From: Chloroflexota bacterium | Lineage (GTDB): Bacteria > Chloroflexota > UBA11872 | NCBI GenBank assembly: GCA_965263075.1 | Contig: CBDHGI010000006.1 | Location: forward strand, 338,929-402,928 | Length of the DNA: 64,000 nt | Direction of reading: 5' to 3' | Shown: one piece after another, positions 46,229 to 56,112 of the stretch | How positions within the stretch are numbered: the stretch's first letter is position 1 | How the letters are laid out: each line of letters opens with the position of its first letter | The notes under the pieces: generated by a model | Told to the model about the DNA's origin: nothing | Seen by the model: only the letters and a program-made list of their open reading frames with translations | Database searches by the model: none | Position numbers and translations under genes: made by a program

Positions 46229-47755
46229 TCAGGCTTCGTCGAGCATGGGCCGGTACTGGAGCGCTTCGGCCAGGTGCTCGATGCGAATGGTCTCGCTGGC
46301 CGTGAGGTCGGCAATGGTGCGCGCAAGCTTGAGGACGCGGTGATGCCCGCGCCCGCTGAGCGCCAAGCGGTCGTGGGCGCTGCGCAAAAGGCGTTCGGCG
46401 TCAGGTTCGAGGATGCAGATTCGCGAAATCAGGCGGGCGGTGAGTTCGGCGTTGGAGTACAGGCCATAGGGCGCCAGACGCTCTTCCTGGATATTTCGCG
46501 CCTGTGCGATTCGCGTCTGAACATGGATAGATGGCTCGCGCTCTGTCTCGTCGGCCATCTTGTCGTATTCGAGCCGGGGAACGTCAATGTGGACGTCGAT
46601 GCGGTCGAGCAGCGGACCGGAAATGCGGTTGCGATAGCGACGGGCGGCTTCGGCGCTCATGCCGCCGCTCTGGCCGTCAGCCGTGGCGAAACCCGAGGGT
46701 GAGGGGTTCATGGCGGCGACCAACATAAATCTGGCCGGCAGGTCCACGCTGTAGGCGGCACGGGTGATGGTGATGTGGCCATCCTCCAGCGGTTGTCGCA
46801 ACGACTCCAGGGTCTGGCGGCCGAACTCCGCAAACTCATCAAGGAAGAGAACGCCCCGGTGCGCCAGGCTGATCTCGCCGGGCCGAGGCGACGTGCCGCC
46901 GCCAACCATTCCCGCGTAGGTCACGGTGTGGTGGGGGGCACGGAACGGGCGTTCCACCACCAGGCCGCTTCCATCCCGCAACTGACCGGCAATGCTGTAG
47001 ACCTTGGTGACGTCTATCGCCTCGTCGAGCGTCATGGGCGGAAGAACCGAGGGCAAGGCGCGCGCCAGCAGGGTCTTGCCGGACCCGGGCGGGCCCACCA
47101 TCAGGACGTTGTGGGCGCCGGCGGCGGCGACTTCCAGGGCGCGCTTGGCGTGTTCGTGGCCACGCACGTCAGCGAAGTCCACGGGATAGCCCGCAGCTTG
47201 CGTGGACATTTCGGTGACGGGCAGCGGCTCGATTCGAATCAGCCCCATGTAGTGGGCGATGAGTTGCTGCAACGACTCGACGGGATAGACGGCAATACCT
47301 TCGACGACCGCGGCTTCGGCGCCGTCAACGGCGGGGACGAACGCCTTGTCCACGCCGGCATCGCGGGCGGCCGCCACCATTGGGAGAACGCCGTGTGTGT
47401 GGCGAACGCCGCCGTCCAGCGACAACTCACCGAGGTACACCGCCTGGTTGTCGTCAAAGCCCTCGAGTTGCCCAGTGGCGGCCAGAATCGCCACGGCCAT
47501 GGGCAGGTCGTAGACGGGGCCTTCCTTGCGAATGTCAGCAGGGGCCAGATTCACCGTGAGGCGGCGCTCGGGAAACAGCGCGCCGCTGTTGCGGATGGCG
47601 CTGCGGGTGCGTTCGCGGGCTTCCTGAACGGCCGCGTCGGGTAGCCCGACGACGTTGTGTTTAGGCAGTCCGTTGCTGATGTCGGCCTCAACGTCGACGA
47701 CCACGCCGTCAAGGCCTGTAATTGCGCAGCTGTGTACCGTGCCAAGCATGAGCAA
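46229..47755 (-). CDS. YifB/ComM-family Mg-chelatase-like AAA+ ATPase
   Basis: VLMVGPPGSGKTLLARALPSVLP Walker A; VLFLDEFAEF Walker B; N-terminal Lon-like domain; 508 aa. Confidence 0.85.
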   Translation of the reverse strand: MLMLGTVHSCAITGLDGVVVDVEADISNGLPKHNVVGLPDAAVQEARERTRSAIRNSGALFPERRLTVNLAPADIRKEGPVYDLPMAVAILAATGQLEGFDDNQAVYLGELSLDGGVRHTHGVLPMVAAARDAGVDKAFVPAVDGAEAAVVEGIAVYPVESLQQLIAHYMGLIRIEPLPVTEMSTQAAGYPVDFADVRGHEHAKRALEVAAAGAHNVLMVGPPGSGKTLLARALPSVLPPMTLDEAIDVTKVYSIAGQLRDGSGLVVERPFRAPHHTVTYAGMVGGGTSPRPGEISLAHRGVLFLDEFAEFGRQTLESLRQPLEDGHITITRAAYSVDLPARFMLVAAMNPSPSGFATADGQSGGMSAEAARRYRNRISGPLLDRIDVHIDVPRLEYDKMADETEREPSIHVQTRIAQARNIQEERLAPYGLYSNAELTARLISRICILEPDAERLLRSAHDRLALSGRGHHRVLKLARTIADLTASETIRIEHLAEALQYRPMLDEA

Positions 47756-47785
47756 GCCGCGGTCCGCCCAGCCGCGTGTGTTGCG

Positions 47786-47937
47786 CTACATACCCGGCCC
47801 GTCGCCGATGGTTTTGTGCATCTTGAATGACCCGCTCTTCTTTTCCTCGCCGCCGCAGGCGGCTAGCAGCAAGCCCGAGGCGAGCAGGGTAACGGCCCGG
47901 CGTCGAGGAGCGAACTTCGGCGGTTTCCTGGCAGGCA
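47786..47937 (-). CDS. Candidate 50-aa small lipoprotein (MPARKPPKFAPRRRAVTLLASGLLLAACGGEEKKSGSFKMHKTIGDGPGM)
   Basis: ATG at 47937 with a GGGAG RBS; classic signal peptide plus lipobox LLAAC; lies between the large hydrolase gene and comM on the same strand. Confidence 0.4.
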
Positions 47938-48005
47938 TGCGGGACTCCCTGGCTATCCCCACAGGGCCTATCGTACGCGCTGTCCGCATTGAGGGCGGCA
48001 CTGGG

Positions 48006-51000
48006 CTAGCCGCGCTCAACCGGGACCACCACGTAGGGCGTCTCGACGTCCAGGTCGGGGCCGATTGCACCGTTACCCAGCCGATCGATGGCTTCGACGT
48101 AGTACATCAGGTCCCAGTCCGGCACGATGTCCATGCCTGGAATGGTGGCTGTCCAAGCGCCGCCGATTTGCCGCATGGGGACCGGTGTGTAGAGTTCCCG
48201 CTGGTTCAGGTCGCGGTAATAGAGGATCACGCTCGCGAGGTCTTCCGCCGAGTCCACGTCGGCTGTCACCGTGAAGTTCTGGCCGGGAGACGCGGCAGCC
48301 GCGCTCTGCACGTGCACTGAGGGAGGCCCCGCCGAAGTTCCGATGGCGACCGGCTGCGGCGCGTCGGCCCCGGCGGCAGGCCAAGATCGAGACTCGTCGC
48401 CTGCGTCGGTCGCTTCGATGAAGTAGTCGATCCGATGCAGGTCGGGCGCCTGGATTTCCGCTGAGAACACGGCCCCATCGGCAGCCATGGGCGTTCGCTG
48501 CCAGGCACTGTCGCCGGCGCGCCAATTGAGGGCGACTTCGGCCACGCCGTCCGGCGCGGTGACGGTTGCCGTCACCGGCAGCGGACCAGGCGCCGCCGAA
48601 CAAATGGGCACATGCCCAATCTGCGGGGCGACTTCGCGAACCACGAGGGCGTTGATGACCCAGTCGGAGGCCGGGTGCGAGTTGACTTCCAGTTCGAGCC
48701 GCCCGTTGGCGATGTTGCAGCGCTGTGTCCTATGGATCACCTGACCAGCGGGAATCGTGAAGCGGTCGGTCTGGTGACGGCCCTGAAACGTCAACCACAT
48801 CGGGCCTCGGTCTTTGGCGTCGGGCGCGGTGTCGCCCATGACGACGGTTACGTCGTACATGCCCGGCGCCAGGTCGGCCCTGAAGGTGTTTTCCACGTAA
48901 CCGGGATTGCGCCCGCGATGCTGGAAGTCGAGCTCCAGAAGACGATGGGGAAGTTCCCCGACCTCGCGATTGCGGCCCAGCAAGTCACCGTTGTCAGTCG
49001 GCGGCGGGCTGACCGCGGCGATGTTGCGGGTGAGCTTCCATCCGATGCCGCGAGCGGGGGTGTAGTTGACATCCGGGGACACGGCGCGAAAGCGGCGTTC
49101 GACCCAGGCGGACTGCATGGTTCGCGGAATCCATGGGCGCGGGTCGACCGGCTCGGCGCCAAAGTCGAAACCGTGGGCGAAAAGGCCAAAGCACTCGAAC
49201 ACGCCCTCGACCTCGTCGAGCCGCGCGAGGTCGTGATCGAGATAGGGCGTCAGGCGCTTCCAGGTTCCGGATTCGTCTTTGACGGGGCCGAAGATCATTT
49301 CATCGTCGTAGAGCCCGTCGGTGTGTTCGACGATGGCCTGCCATTGGTCACGGGCGTTGGTCATGTGGACCTTGGCCGGTTGTAAGCGATCCGCGGCGCC
49401 CGCCAGGTAGAAAAAGGCCAGGTCCAAGGCTGCTCGTAGCTTGTGAGCGTGGTAGCGCGCAAGGCCCGAACACAGGCGCACATCGGCCTCGATGCCGAGG
49501 AATTCGGCTCTCGCTTCGCCGGGGACCGCGCGGCGGCCGCGTTCCAGCGCAGCTTCGGCGGCAGCGGCGTGTGACTCCAGCCGCTCAGCGATCTGTAGCG
49601 GGGTGAGTTTGGCCCGAAGCTCTCCGGCCAGATAATCCTCAACGTACTCGCTTACGCCGTAGAAGCCGGCCAGGTCGCTTGGCTCGACTTCGATGTAGGC
49701 GTCGAGGAGGCCGCCCGTGTCCCTCTCGGCCCACCAGCCGAACACGCTGGCCGAGGGCAGGTGGGCGGCGGTGATGAATGGGAGATAGTGGGATCCTTCG
49801 ACCACGGCCTCTTGCACGTCCACCGCCGCGTCCGCACCGAAGCGGTCGTTGAACTCGCGCTCCCATACGTCGGCACTGCAGGCCGGGTCGTAGCCGAGGC
49901 GCCCGAACAGCAGGTACCAGAACCAGTAGCGTTCGTCTTCGAATTCACACCAGTGCATGTCCTGGGGCTTGAAGAGCGGCCAGGCGCCGCCGACGTTGCG
50001 GAAGCCCTTGTTGGACAGGGGCGCGCAGACTTCGAAGCCCTTGGAATCACCCAGCGCGCAACTCTCGGCGTAGCGCCGGACCCAGGCCGGATCGCCCCAC
50101 AGCGTGAATTTGTTGGTCCCGAGGTTCCACATGCGAAACATGAAGTCGTAGTCGCGCGGGAATTTGAGCAGGTCGCCGTAGGAGTGCCGCCGGTCCATGC
50201 GGTCGAAGTCCTGCAACAGGCCGGCGGAATAGGGCATGCCCTGCTGCTCGCACCAGAATTTTGTGGAGACGGTGGTGGGCAGGCCTGTATCCAGGGCGCC
50301 TTCCCAGGTGTCGTCAGCGATGGCCTTGGCGCGGACGTCGATTTCGATCTCGCGCCCGGCCGCGACGACTCCGCTGTAGATCGAACGGAAAAAGGCCGGG
50401 CTGTCCTCGGCCTCGATCCCCGACTCGGAATTGACCCGCAGTTGAACGCCGGAAATGTCCGGGCAGGCCTTGAGGACCTTGGCCATGCCGAGTTCGCAGT
50501 AGGCCGCCAGATTGTCGAGCGTCAAGCCCTCAACCAGCGACTCGCCGTATTCGTAGCTGTGCTGTTGCCAGACGCCGAACGTGAAGTCGATGCCCCTCTC
50601 GACGGCGGTGCGCGAGATCATCTGCAGCGTCGCCAAGTGTCGTTCCCGTTGCTCGTCGGACAGGCTCGGCACCGTCACGTCGGGGAACTCGGGCATCGGA
50701 ACCAGAAAGGCGTACGGCGGAACCAGGTAGGCGGTCTGATGGCCGAACGTCAGGCTGAAGGCGTTGAAGCGGTTCAGCGAGAGCTTGTCGAAGTAGGCCT
50801 CCCAGAACGCGGGATTGAAGTACCACGGGCCATCCACAGCCTCGTTGTGCGGGAAGATGCACACGCTGCGCTTGCGGAGGAACGGGGACTCGCTGGCGGG
50901 CGGAAACAAGCCTTCCCAGTCCAGCGGTGCCGGCGCCAGGTCGATGCGGCGCGCGGCTTCACGCAGGGCGTAGGCGAGACCGCGATCATCAGCACCGCCG

Positions 51001-51257
51001 ATGGCCAACGCACCGTCGACGAATGCGAAGGCCAGCGACTCAGGCGCGTCGCTCAGCTGAGCGCCAGCCGCGCGAAGAGACGCGCCCGGCTCGTCGGTCG
51101 CCGAGATTCCGACTCGGATCACGACCGCGGCGTAATCTTCCGCGACGGTGTATCCGCGCTGGTCCAGCGCCTGCCTAAGCCTGTCGAGCGCCAAAAGCGC
51201 CGGCGACCCCAACTTGCCATCGACCACGATCCGAATGCGTGTCGTTGCGTCCGCCAC
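48006..51257 (-). CDS. Large multidomain glycoside-hydrolase-like protein (family not assignable by eye) with two C-terminal beta-sandwich repeats
   Basis: 1083-aa ORF with coherent protein-like composition throughout; two homologous roughly 90-aa C-terminal modules (…AEVALNWRAGDSAWQRTPM… / …ASVILYYRDLNQRELYTPVPM…); lies within a sulfatase/hydrolase cluster. Confidence 0.6.
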   Translation of the reverse strand: MADATTRIRIVVDGKLGSPALLALDRLRQALDQRGYTVAEDYAAVVIRVGISATDEPGASLRAAGAQLSDAPESLAFAFVDGALAIGGADDRGLAYALREAARRIDLAPAPLDWEGLFPPASESPFLRKRSVCIFPHNEAVDGPWYFNPAFWEAYFDKLSLNRFNAFSLTFGHQTAYLVPPYAFLVPMPEFPDVTVPSLSDEQRERHLATLQMISRTAVERGIDFTFGVWQQHSYEYGESLVEGLTLDNLAAYCELGMAKVLKACPDISGVQLRVNSESGIEAEDSPAFFRSIYSGVVAAGREIEIDVRAKAIADDTWEGALDTGLPTTVSTKFWCEQQGMPYSAGLLQDFDRMDRRHSYGDLLKFPRDYDFMFRMWNLGTNKFTLWGDPAWVRRYAESCALGDSKGFEVCAPLSNKGFRNVGGAWPLFKPQDMHWCEFEDERYWFWYLLFGRLGYDPACSADVWEREFNDRFGADAAVDVQEAVVEGSHYLPFITAAHLPSASVFGWWAERDTGGLLDAYIEVEPSDLAGFYGVSEYVEDYLAGELRAKLTPLQIAERLESHAAAAEAALERGRRAVPGEARAEFLGIEADVRLCSGLARYHAHKLRAALDLAFFYLAGAADRLQPAKVHMTNARDQWQAIVEHTDGLYDDEMIFGPVKDESGTWKRLTPYLDHDLARLDEVEGVFECFGLFAHGFDFGAEPVDPRPWIPRTMQSAWVERRFRAVSPDVNYTPARGIGWKLTRNIAAVSPPPTDNGDLLGRNREVGELPHRLLELDFQHRGRNPGYVENTFRADLAPGMYDVTVVMGDTAPDAKDRGPMWLTFQGRHQTDRFTIPAGQVIHRTQRCNIANGRLELEVNSHPASDWVINALVVREVAPQIGHVPICSAAPGPLPVTATVTAPDGVAEVALNWRAGDSAWQRTPMAADGAVFSAEIQAPDLHRIDYFIEATDAGDESRSWPAAGADAPQPVAIGTSAGPPSVHVQSAAAASPGQNFTVTADVDSAEDLASVILYYRDLNQRELYTPVPMRQIGGAWTATIPGMDIVPDWDLMYYVEAIDRLGNGAIGPDLDVETPYVVVPVERG

Positions 51258-51391
51258 GGTTAACGCCTCTCTTCAGGCACGTTGATAGGCACGCCCGCTC
51301 GTCCGGCTTGAAATGCGCCGTGCATTTGCGCAATCAGCGATTGGATCAGAAGAAACGAGCTCTCGTACAAGCGCCCACTGCCGACCGCATG

Positions 51392-52840
51392 CTAGAAGCC
51401 GGGCCGCGGAATCGGCTTCTCGCCCATGGTCATGAATGTCCGCAGTTCCCTGCCAGACAGCGGCAGGAAGTCGCCGCGAATGGCGTAAATGCGCGCGTTG
51501 TTCAGTTGGACTTCCAGGCGAATCGCCTGGCCAGTAAAGCGCGCCAGTCCTTGTCCACCGGTCCAACGGGGCGACCAATCGAGCGCGTCGCCAGTGAAGG
51601 GTTGGCAGTCCTCGTAGCTGTAACCCTCGATCACCTCGCCCACCGGGTCGGTGACCTGGACGCGGGTTTCAAGGCCCGACTGCAGATTGAGTTTGGCCTC
51701 GCCACCCTGCCAGTAGAGGGAGCGGGTTCCAAACATGCCCTGCCCGGCGCTGGCTTCCAGGTAATAGAAGCCGTCCAGCCGCAACCTGTGCATCAGCAGG
51801 GCGCCGGTGTCGTTGCCCTCGCCGAGCGGTCCTCGCTCAAGTCGCTGCCGTCCGACGTGCGGGTTGATGTGGTAGCCGTGCTCGAGCTTGGACGCGCTGG
51901 AGTAGATACGGATCTGCAGATCGTCGTCCACGACCAGCGAGTGCGGCCGCATGGTTCCGGCGCCGTACTCGCCTGGCTCCGCGTTGGGGATGAACGGCGT
52001 GCGAATCGACCGGTTGAAGTGCCAGCCGTTATAGCTGTAGGCGAGGTGGCAGTCGGTCTTGCCTTCCCAGTATTTGACGAGGCTGGTTGGTTCGGTGTGA
52101 TAGATCCAGACGAGGCCGACGAACTTATCGGCGTACGGGAACGCGACCATGCCGTAGATTTCGGCCAGCGGCGTGTCAAGCGCGTCGGTGGCAAGCACAA
52201 GCTCAGGCTCGCTGAAGGTTCGCCAGTCCCGAGTCTCGGATAGGGCAACCCGCCGCGGATGCGCATGCGGCGCGGGGCGGGCGCTGATGACGTAGCAGTT
52301 GCGCACATGGTTCCAGAAGGCCGTGCTGGGAGGGTCCGGGCTGTGTTTGCGCCATTGGACGCCTTCGGCAAGCGTCCAGCTCAGTCCATCGGGCGACGTC
52401 CAAAGATGGTTGCCTTTCCCGACCGCGAAGCCCTTGACGCGCTCGTTCGGATCCTCGGCCCGCTCGTCGAAATAACAATCCCACTGATGGAAGTCTTCCG
52501 CCTTCGACAGCACCTGGTGTGGGTATCGGCGGTCCGGAAGGGGAACGCGGTCCGTCAGGTCGGGCTTTTCCCAGTGGATCCCGTCGTCGCTCTCGGCCAC
52601 CAGCGCGTAGCTGTCGGGCTGTTCCTCGGGAACAGTGGACTTGCCGTTGTAGAGGATTCGCCAGACGCCCGACTCGTGCTTAAACGCCGTGGGATAGCCG
52701 GAACCAAGCCAGAATCCCGGTTCTTCCAGCGTTGCTTCCGGGACAAGCTGCGGTTGCCCGATTCCCCGCCGCAGGTTGTTCCACCGACTCAGGTAGTTGT
52801 CGTCCCAGAACAGCAGTGTGAAATCGCCGGAATTCAGCAT
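51392..52840 (-). CDS. Beta-propeller glycoside-hydrolase-like protein (GH43/GH32/GH130-clan-like), paralog 1
   Basis: 482 aa; shares a family-level pattern (…W…Y.G/A…SPDG..W…) with the ORFs at 56113-57722 and 60122-61618. Confidence 0.6.
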   Translation of the reverse strand: MLNSGDFTLLFWDDNYLSRWNNLRRGIGQPQLVPEATLEEPGFWLGSGYPTAFKHESGVWRILYNGKSTVPEEQPDSYALVAESDDGIHWEKPDLTDRVPLPDRRYPHQVLSKAEDFHQWDCYFDERAEDPNERVKGFAVGKGNHLWTSPDGLSWTLAEGVQWRKHSPDPPSTAFWNHVRNCYVISARPAPHAHPRRVALSETRDWRTFSEPELVLATDALDTPLAEIYGMVAFPYADKFVGLVWIYHTEPTSLVKYWEGKTDCHLAYSYNGWHFNRSIRTPFIPNAEPGEYGAGTMRPHSLVVDDDLQIRIYSSASKLEHGYHINPHVGRQRLERGPLGEGNDTGALLMHRLRLDGFYYLEASAGQGMFGTRSLYWQGGEAKLNLQSGLETRVQVTDPVGEVIEGYSYEDCQPFTGDALDWSPRWTGGQGLARFTGQAIRLEVQLNNARIYAIRGDFLPLSGRELRTFMTMGEKPIPRPGF

Positions 52841-52935
52841 TGCGGAGACTCCGTGCGTGGCGCGCTAGGCACCAGATTGTTCACACGATACAGCGCGTCC
52901 AGGGAGTGAACGGAGCAGCGAGCGTCCATCGGCTC

Positions 52936-54438
52936 CTAGGGCACGGCTACGGATAGCGACCAGGATTCGCCTTGCCGGTTGACGTCGGGCCGAATTTGAT
53001 CGGGCAAGAGCTGCGGGCGTCCCGCCACCAGTCGTTCTCCGTCCACGAACCCCTCCGGACGGTCGCGCAGTTGCTCCAGCATGCGACGCCGCCAGACCGC
53101 CACGCGGGATGCGGCCGCTGGGTCGTTTACTGCGTTGTGCAGTTCGTGGGGGTCACGTGTCAGGTCGAAGAAGTGCTCATGGCCGTCGGCGGGATACCAG
53201 ATGTATTTCTCGCGGCCATCGGTCAGGTACTGATGGGCGGGGGCGTGTTCGGACCAGCGCACGCTGCCGCGTCCCTTGCGTCCGCCGTGATGCTCGCCGT
53301 GCAGGTATGGCCGCCAGGCCGGCCGCTCGCCGCGGGCCAGCGGGACGACGCTGCGGCCATCCACTGAGTCTGGGATTGCGACGCCAGCCGCGTCCAGCAG
53401 CGTAGGCATAACGTCTTGAAGGCCTACTGGCTCGTCGATCACGGCCCCGTTCTTGGGTTCCAGCCACTCAGGTAGCCGGACAAGAAACGGAATGTTGGCC
53501 GAAGACTGATGCGGCCAGGTCTTGCGGAACAGGTTGTGGTCACCCAGCATCTCGCCGTGGTCGCTGGTGTAGAGCACCACTGTGTCGCGCCACATGCCGG
53601 CCTGGGACAGCGCTCGAAACAGCCGGTTGACCTGGTCGTCGATGTGATTCACCAGCCCGTAGTAGGCGGCGCGCATACGGCGCATCCAGGCGTCGGGCAA
53701 GTTGATGTCGACCGGCTGGATGTTCAGGCCCAGGTTCGGCTCGTCGAACTGCCTCGCCCAGTCGCCGATGAACGGCGCGGGGATGTCGTCGGCGCGCGCC
53801 ATGTAGCGGTCGAAATACATCTTGGGCGGCGTAAACGGCGGGTGCGGGTCAACCACGGAAACCCAGAGAAACAAGGGCGCTTCCGGGTCGCGCTTGCTGA
53901 TGAGTTTCAGCGACTCGTTGACGCACCAGGTCGTGAGGTCATAACCCTCGGGTAGATGGCTGGGCCGGGCGTTGAAGCTGTTGGTCTCAACGCCGTGCAG
54001 CTTGCCGGCCAGGACTTCGCGGAAGCCCTGGTCGTTCAACCAGGCCGCGTAGTCGTTGCCGTCGCGCTGGCTGTTGGCGACCAGCATGTGTTGAAAGCCG
54101 AAGCGCTTGCGACCCGGGTGCCAGTGCGTCTTGCCGATTAGTTCGGTCTGATAGCCGGCCGCCGCAAGCTCGGAGGCAATGGAGTGGCGCAGGTTCCAGT
54201 GGTAGCCGCCGTAGAAGCCGACCATGCCGTTGGTGACCGGGGCCTGACCCGACAGGATCACGCGCCGCGCGGGAATGCAGGTCGGCGACTCGCTGAAGGC
54301 CGAGCGGAACCAGGCGCCGTTGCCGGCCAGGTAGTCCAGGTTGGGGGTGCGAAGGACCGGGTGACCGGCGATGCCGAGGGCATCGCCGCGCTGCTGATCG
54401 GAAGTGATCAGGAGAATGTGGGGACGACGCTGTGCCAT
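52936..54438 (-). CDS. Sulfatase
   Basis: MAQRRPHILLITSDQQRGDALGIAGHP...SDHGEMLGDHNLFRK; the ATG at 54438 lies 5 nt after the upstream sulfatase stop; the listed N-terminal extension is R-rich junk. Confidence 0.85.
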   Translation of the reverse strand: MAQRRPHILLITSDQQRGDALGIAGHPVLRTPNLDYLAGNGAWFRSAFSESPTCIPARRVILSGQAPVTNGMVGFYGGYHWNLRHSIASELAAAGYQTELIGKTHWHPGRKRFGFQHMLVANSQRDGNDYAAWLNDQGFREVLAGKLHGVETNSFNARPSHLPEGYDLTTWCVNESLKLISKRDPEAPLFLWVSVVDPHPPFTPPKMYFDRYMARADDIPAPFIGDWARQFDEPNLGLNIQPVDINLPDAWMRRMRAAYYGLVNHIDDQVNRLFRALSQAGMWRDTVVLYTSDHGEMLGDHNLFRKTWPHQSSANIPFLVRLPEWLEPKNGAVIDEPVGLQDVMPTLLDAAGVAIPDSVDGRSVVPLARGERPAWRPYLHGEHHGGRKGRGSVRWSEHAPAHQYLTDGREKYIWYPADGHEHFFDLTRDPHELHNAVNDPAAASRVAVWRRRMLEQLRDRPEGFVDGERLVAGRPQLLPDQIRPDVNRQGESWSLSVAVP

Positions 54439-54443
54439 GACTC

Positions 54444-55886
54444 TCAGCCGCTCATCCGGTTGGTTGCGGGCTGCAACTGTTCGGGACGCAGTTCGGGTTG
54501 ACCGGCCACCAGACGGCCGTCGGCCACGAATCCTTCGGGTCGGCCGGCCAGTTCGTCGATGAGCCGCTGGCGCCAAATCGCCGCGCGTTCCTGTGCGGCG
54601 GGTTCACTCACGGCGTTGTGCATCTCGCGCGGGTCGGCGTCGAGATCAAAGAACTGCTCCTGGCCGGTCTGGGTGTACCAGATCAGCTTCTCGTGTCCGT
54701 CCGTGACCCACTGGTTGCCCTGGTCGGGCTCGTAGCAGGCACTGTGTTCGCCGTGCAGATAGTCCCGCCAGGCCGGCGAGTCGCCGTGCATGAACGGCAT
54801 GACGCTCGTGCCGTCCACGGACTCGGGAATCGGGACGCCGGCCGCGTCCAGGATCGTGGGCATGACGTCCTGCAGCCCCACCGGACGGTCGATGCTTAGC
54901 CCTGCAGTGCACTCCATCCATTCCGGGGCACGCGCCATGAACGGGACGCGGATCGATCCTTCGTAGGGCCAGGTCTTTCTGAAGAGATTGTGGTCACCCA
55001 GCATTTCGCCGTGGTCGCTGGTGAAGAGCACCAGGGTGTCGTCCAGCAGGCCGCTTTCACGGTAGCCCTTGAGCAGACGCGAGATCTGGTCGTCCACATG
55101 GTTGATCAGTCCGTAGTAGCCGGCGCGGCAGCGATGCAGGTCGTCCTCGCGGAGCCGCATGACCGAGGCGTCGGGACTTAGACCCGGCAGCGGCGCGTCC
55201 AGCTGGGGCGCCCAGTCGCCGACATACGGATCCGGCAAGTCCATCGCCTCGTAGCGTTCCCAGTAGACGAGCGGCGGTGTCAGCGGCGGATGCGGGTCCA
55301 CGAACGAGACCCAAAGAAAGAACGGGGAATCGGGATCCAGCTGGCTGATGAAGCGCAGCGCCTCGTTCACACACCAGGTCGTATGCGAGAAGCGCTCGTC
55401 AAGGTGGCTTGGGCGCCCCACCCAGCCGTTGGTTGACACGCCGTGGGCCAGGCCCATCTCCAGCGAGGTGGCGCCGTTGTCGGCCAGCCATTCCGCGTAG
55501 TCGTTGTGGTCGCGCTGGCTGTCGGCCCAGATCATGCTGTCGAAGCCGTAGCGCTTGCGCTGGGGATACATGTGCAGCTTGCCGACCAACTGCGTCTGGT
55601 AACCGGCCTTCGAGAGCTCGCCCGGCAGCGAGTGGTCGAGCGCCCAGCCAACGCCGCCGTAGAACCCGACCATGCCGTGACTGAATGGCTGCATGCCCGA
55701 GAGCATGGTGCGGCGCGCTCCGATACACGATGGAACTTCCGCATAGGCGCGCGTGAAGTTGCTTCCGCTGGCCGCCAGAAAGTCGAGGTTGGGCGTTGCC
55801 AGGGGGTCGGCGCCATTGATGCTCAGGGCGTCGCCACGCTGCTGGTCCGTGGTTATGAAGATGACGTGCGGGCGGCGCTGCGCCAC
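54444..55886 (-). CDS. Sulfatase
   Basis: MAQRRPHVIFITTDQQRGDALSINGADP...SDHGEMLGDHNLFRK; a paralog of the downstream sulfatase. Confidence 0.85.
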   Translation of the reverse strand: MAQRRPHVIFITTDQQRGDALSINGADPLATPNLDFLAASGSNFTRAYAEVPSCIGARRTMLSGMQPFSHGMVGFYGGVGWALDHSLPGELSKAGYQTQLVGKLHMYPQRKRYGFDSMIWADSQRDHNDYAEWLADNGATSLEMGLAHGVSTNGWVGRPSHLDERFSHTTWCVNEALRFISQLDPDSPFFLWVSFVDPHPPLTPPLVYWERYEAMDLPDPYVGDWAPQLDAPLPGLSPDASVMRLREDDLHRCRAGYYGLINHVDDQISRLLKGYRESGLLDDTLVLFTSDHGEMLGDHNLFRKTWPYEGSIRVPFMARAPEWMECTAGLSIDRPVGLQDVMPTILDAAGVPIPESVDGTSVMPFMHGDSPAWRDYLHGEHSACYEPDQGNQWVTDGHEKLIWYTQTGQEQFFDLDADPREMHNAVSEPAAQERAAIWRQRLIDELAGRPEGFVADGRLVAGQPELRPEQLQPATNRMSG

Positions 55887-56112
55887 GAGTTGGCACCTGA
55901 CATCCCAGACGCACGGTGACTATGGCACATGTAGCGCCCATGCAGCGCGAGGGTGATCAGGCCACCGAGCCGTACCTGGGCGCCAATCGGGATCGCGACG
56001 GGCGACGGGATGTCTGGGCTGCGCATATATTCGGCGGTACGACCGCGTGTGGATTCGGAGACGCGTGCCGTGGGTAGCGATGCCGTGCGATACGTAACCC
56101 GATCCAGGCTGC

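Noticed and set aside
49761-51263. 500-aa plus-strand ORF
   Set aside because: It is antisense to the 1083-aa hydrolase-like gene, whose own translation is far more protein-like.
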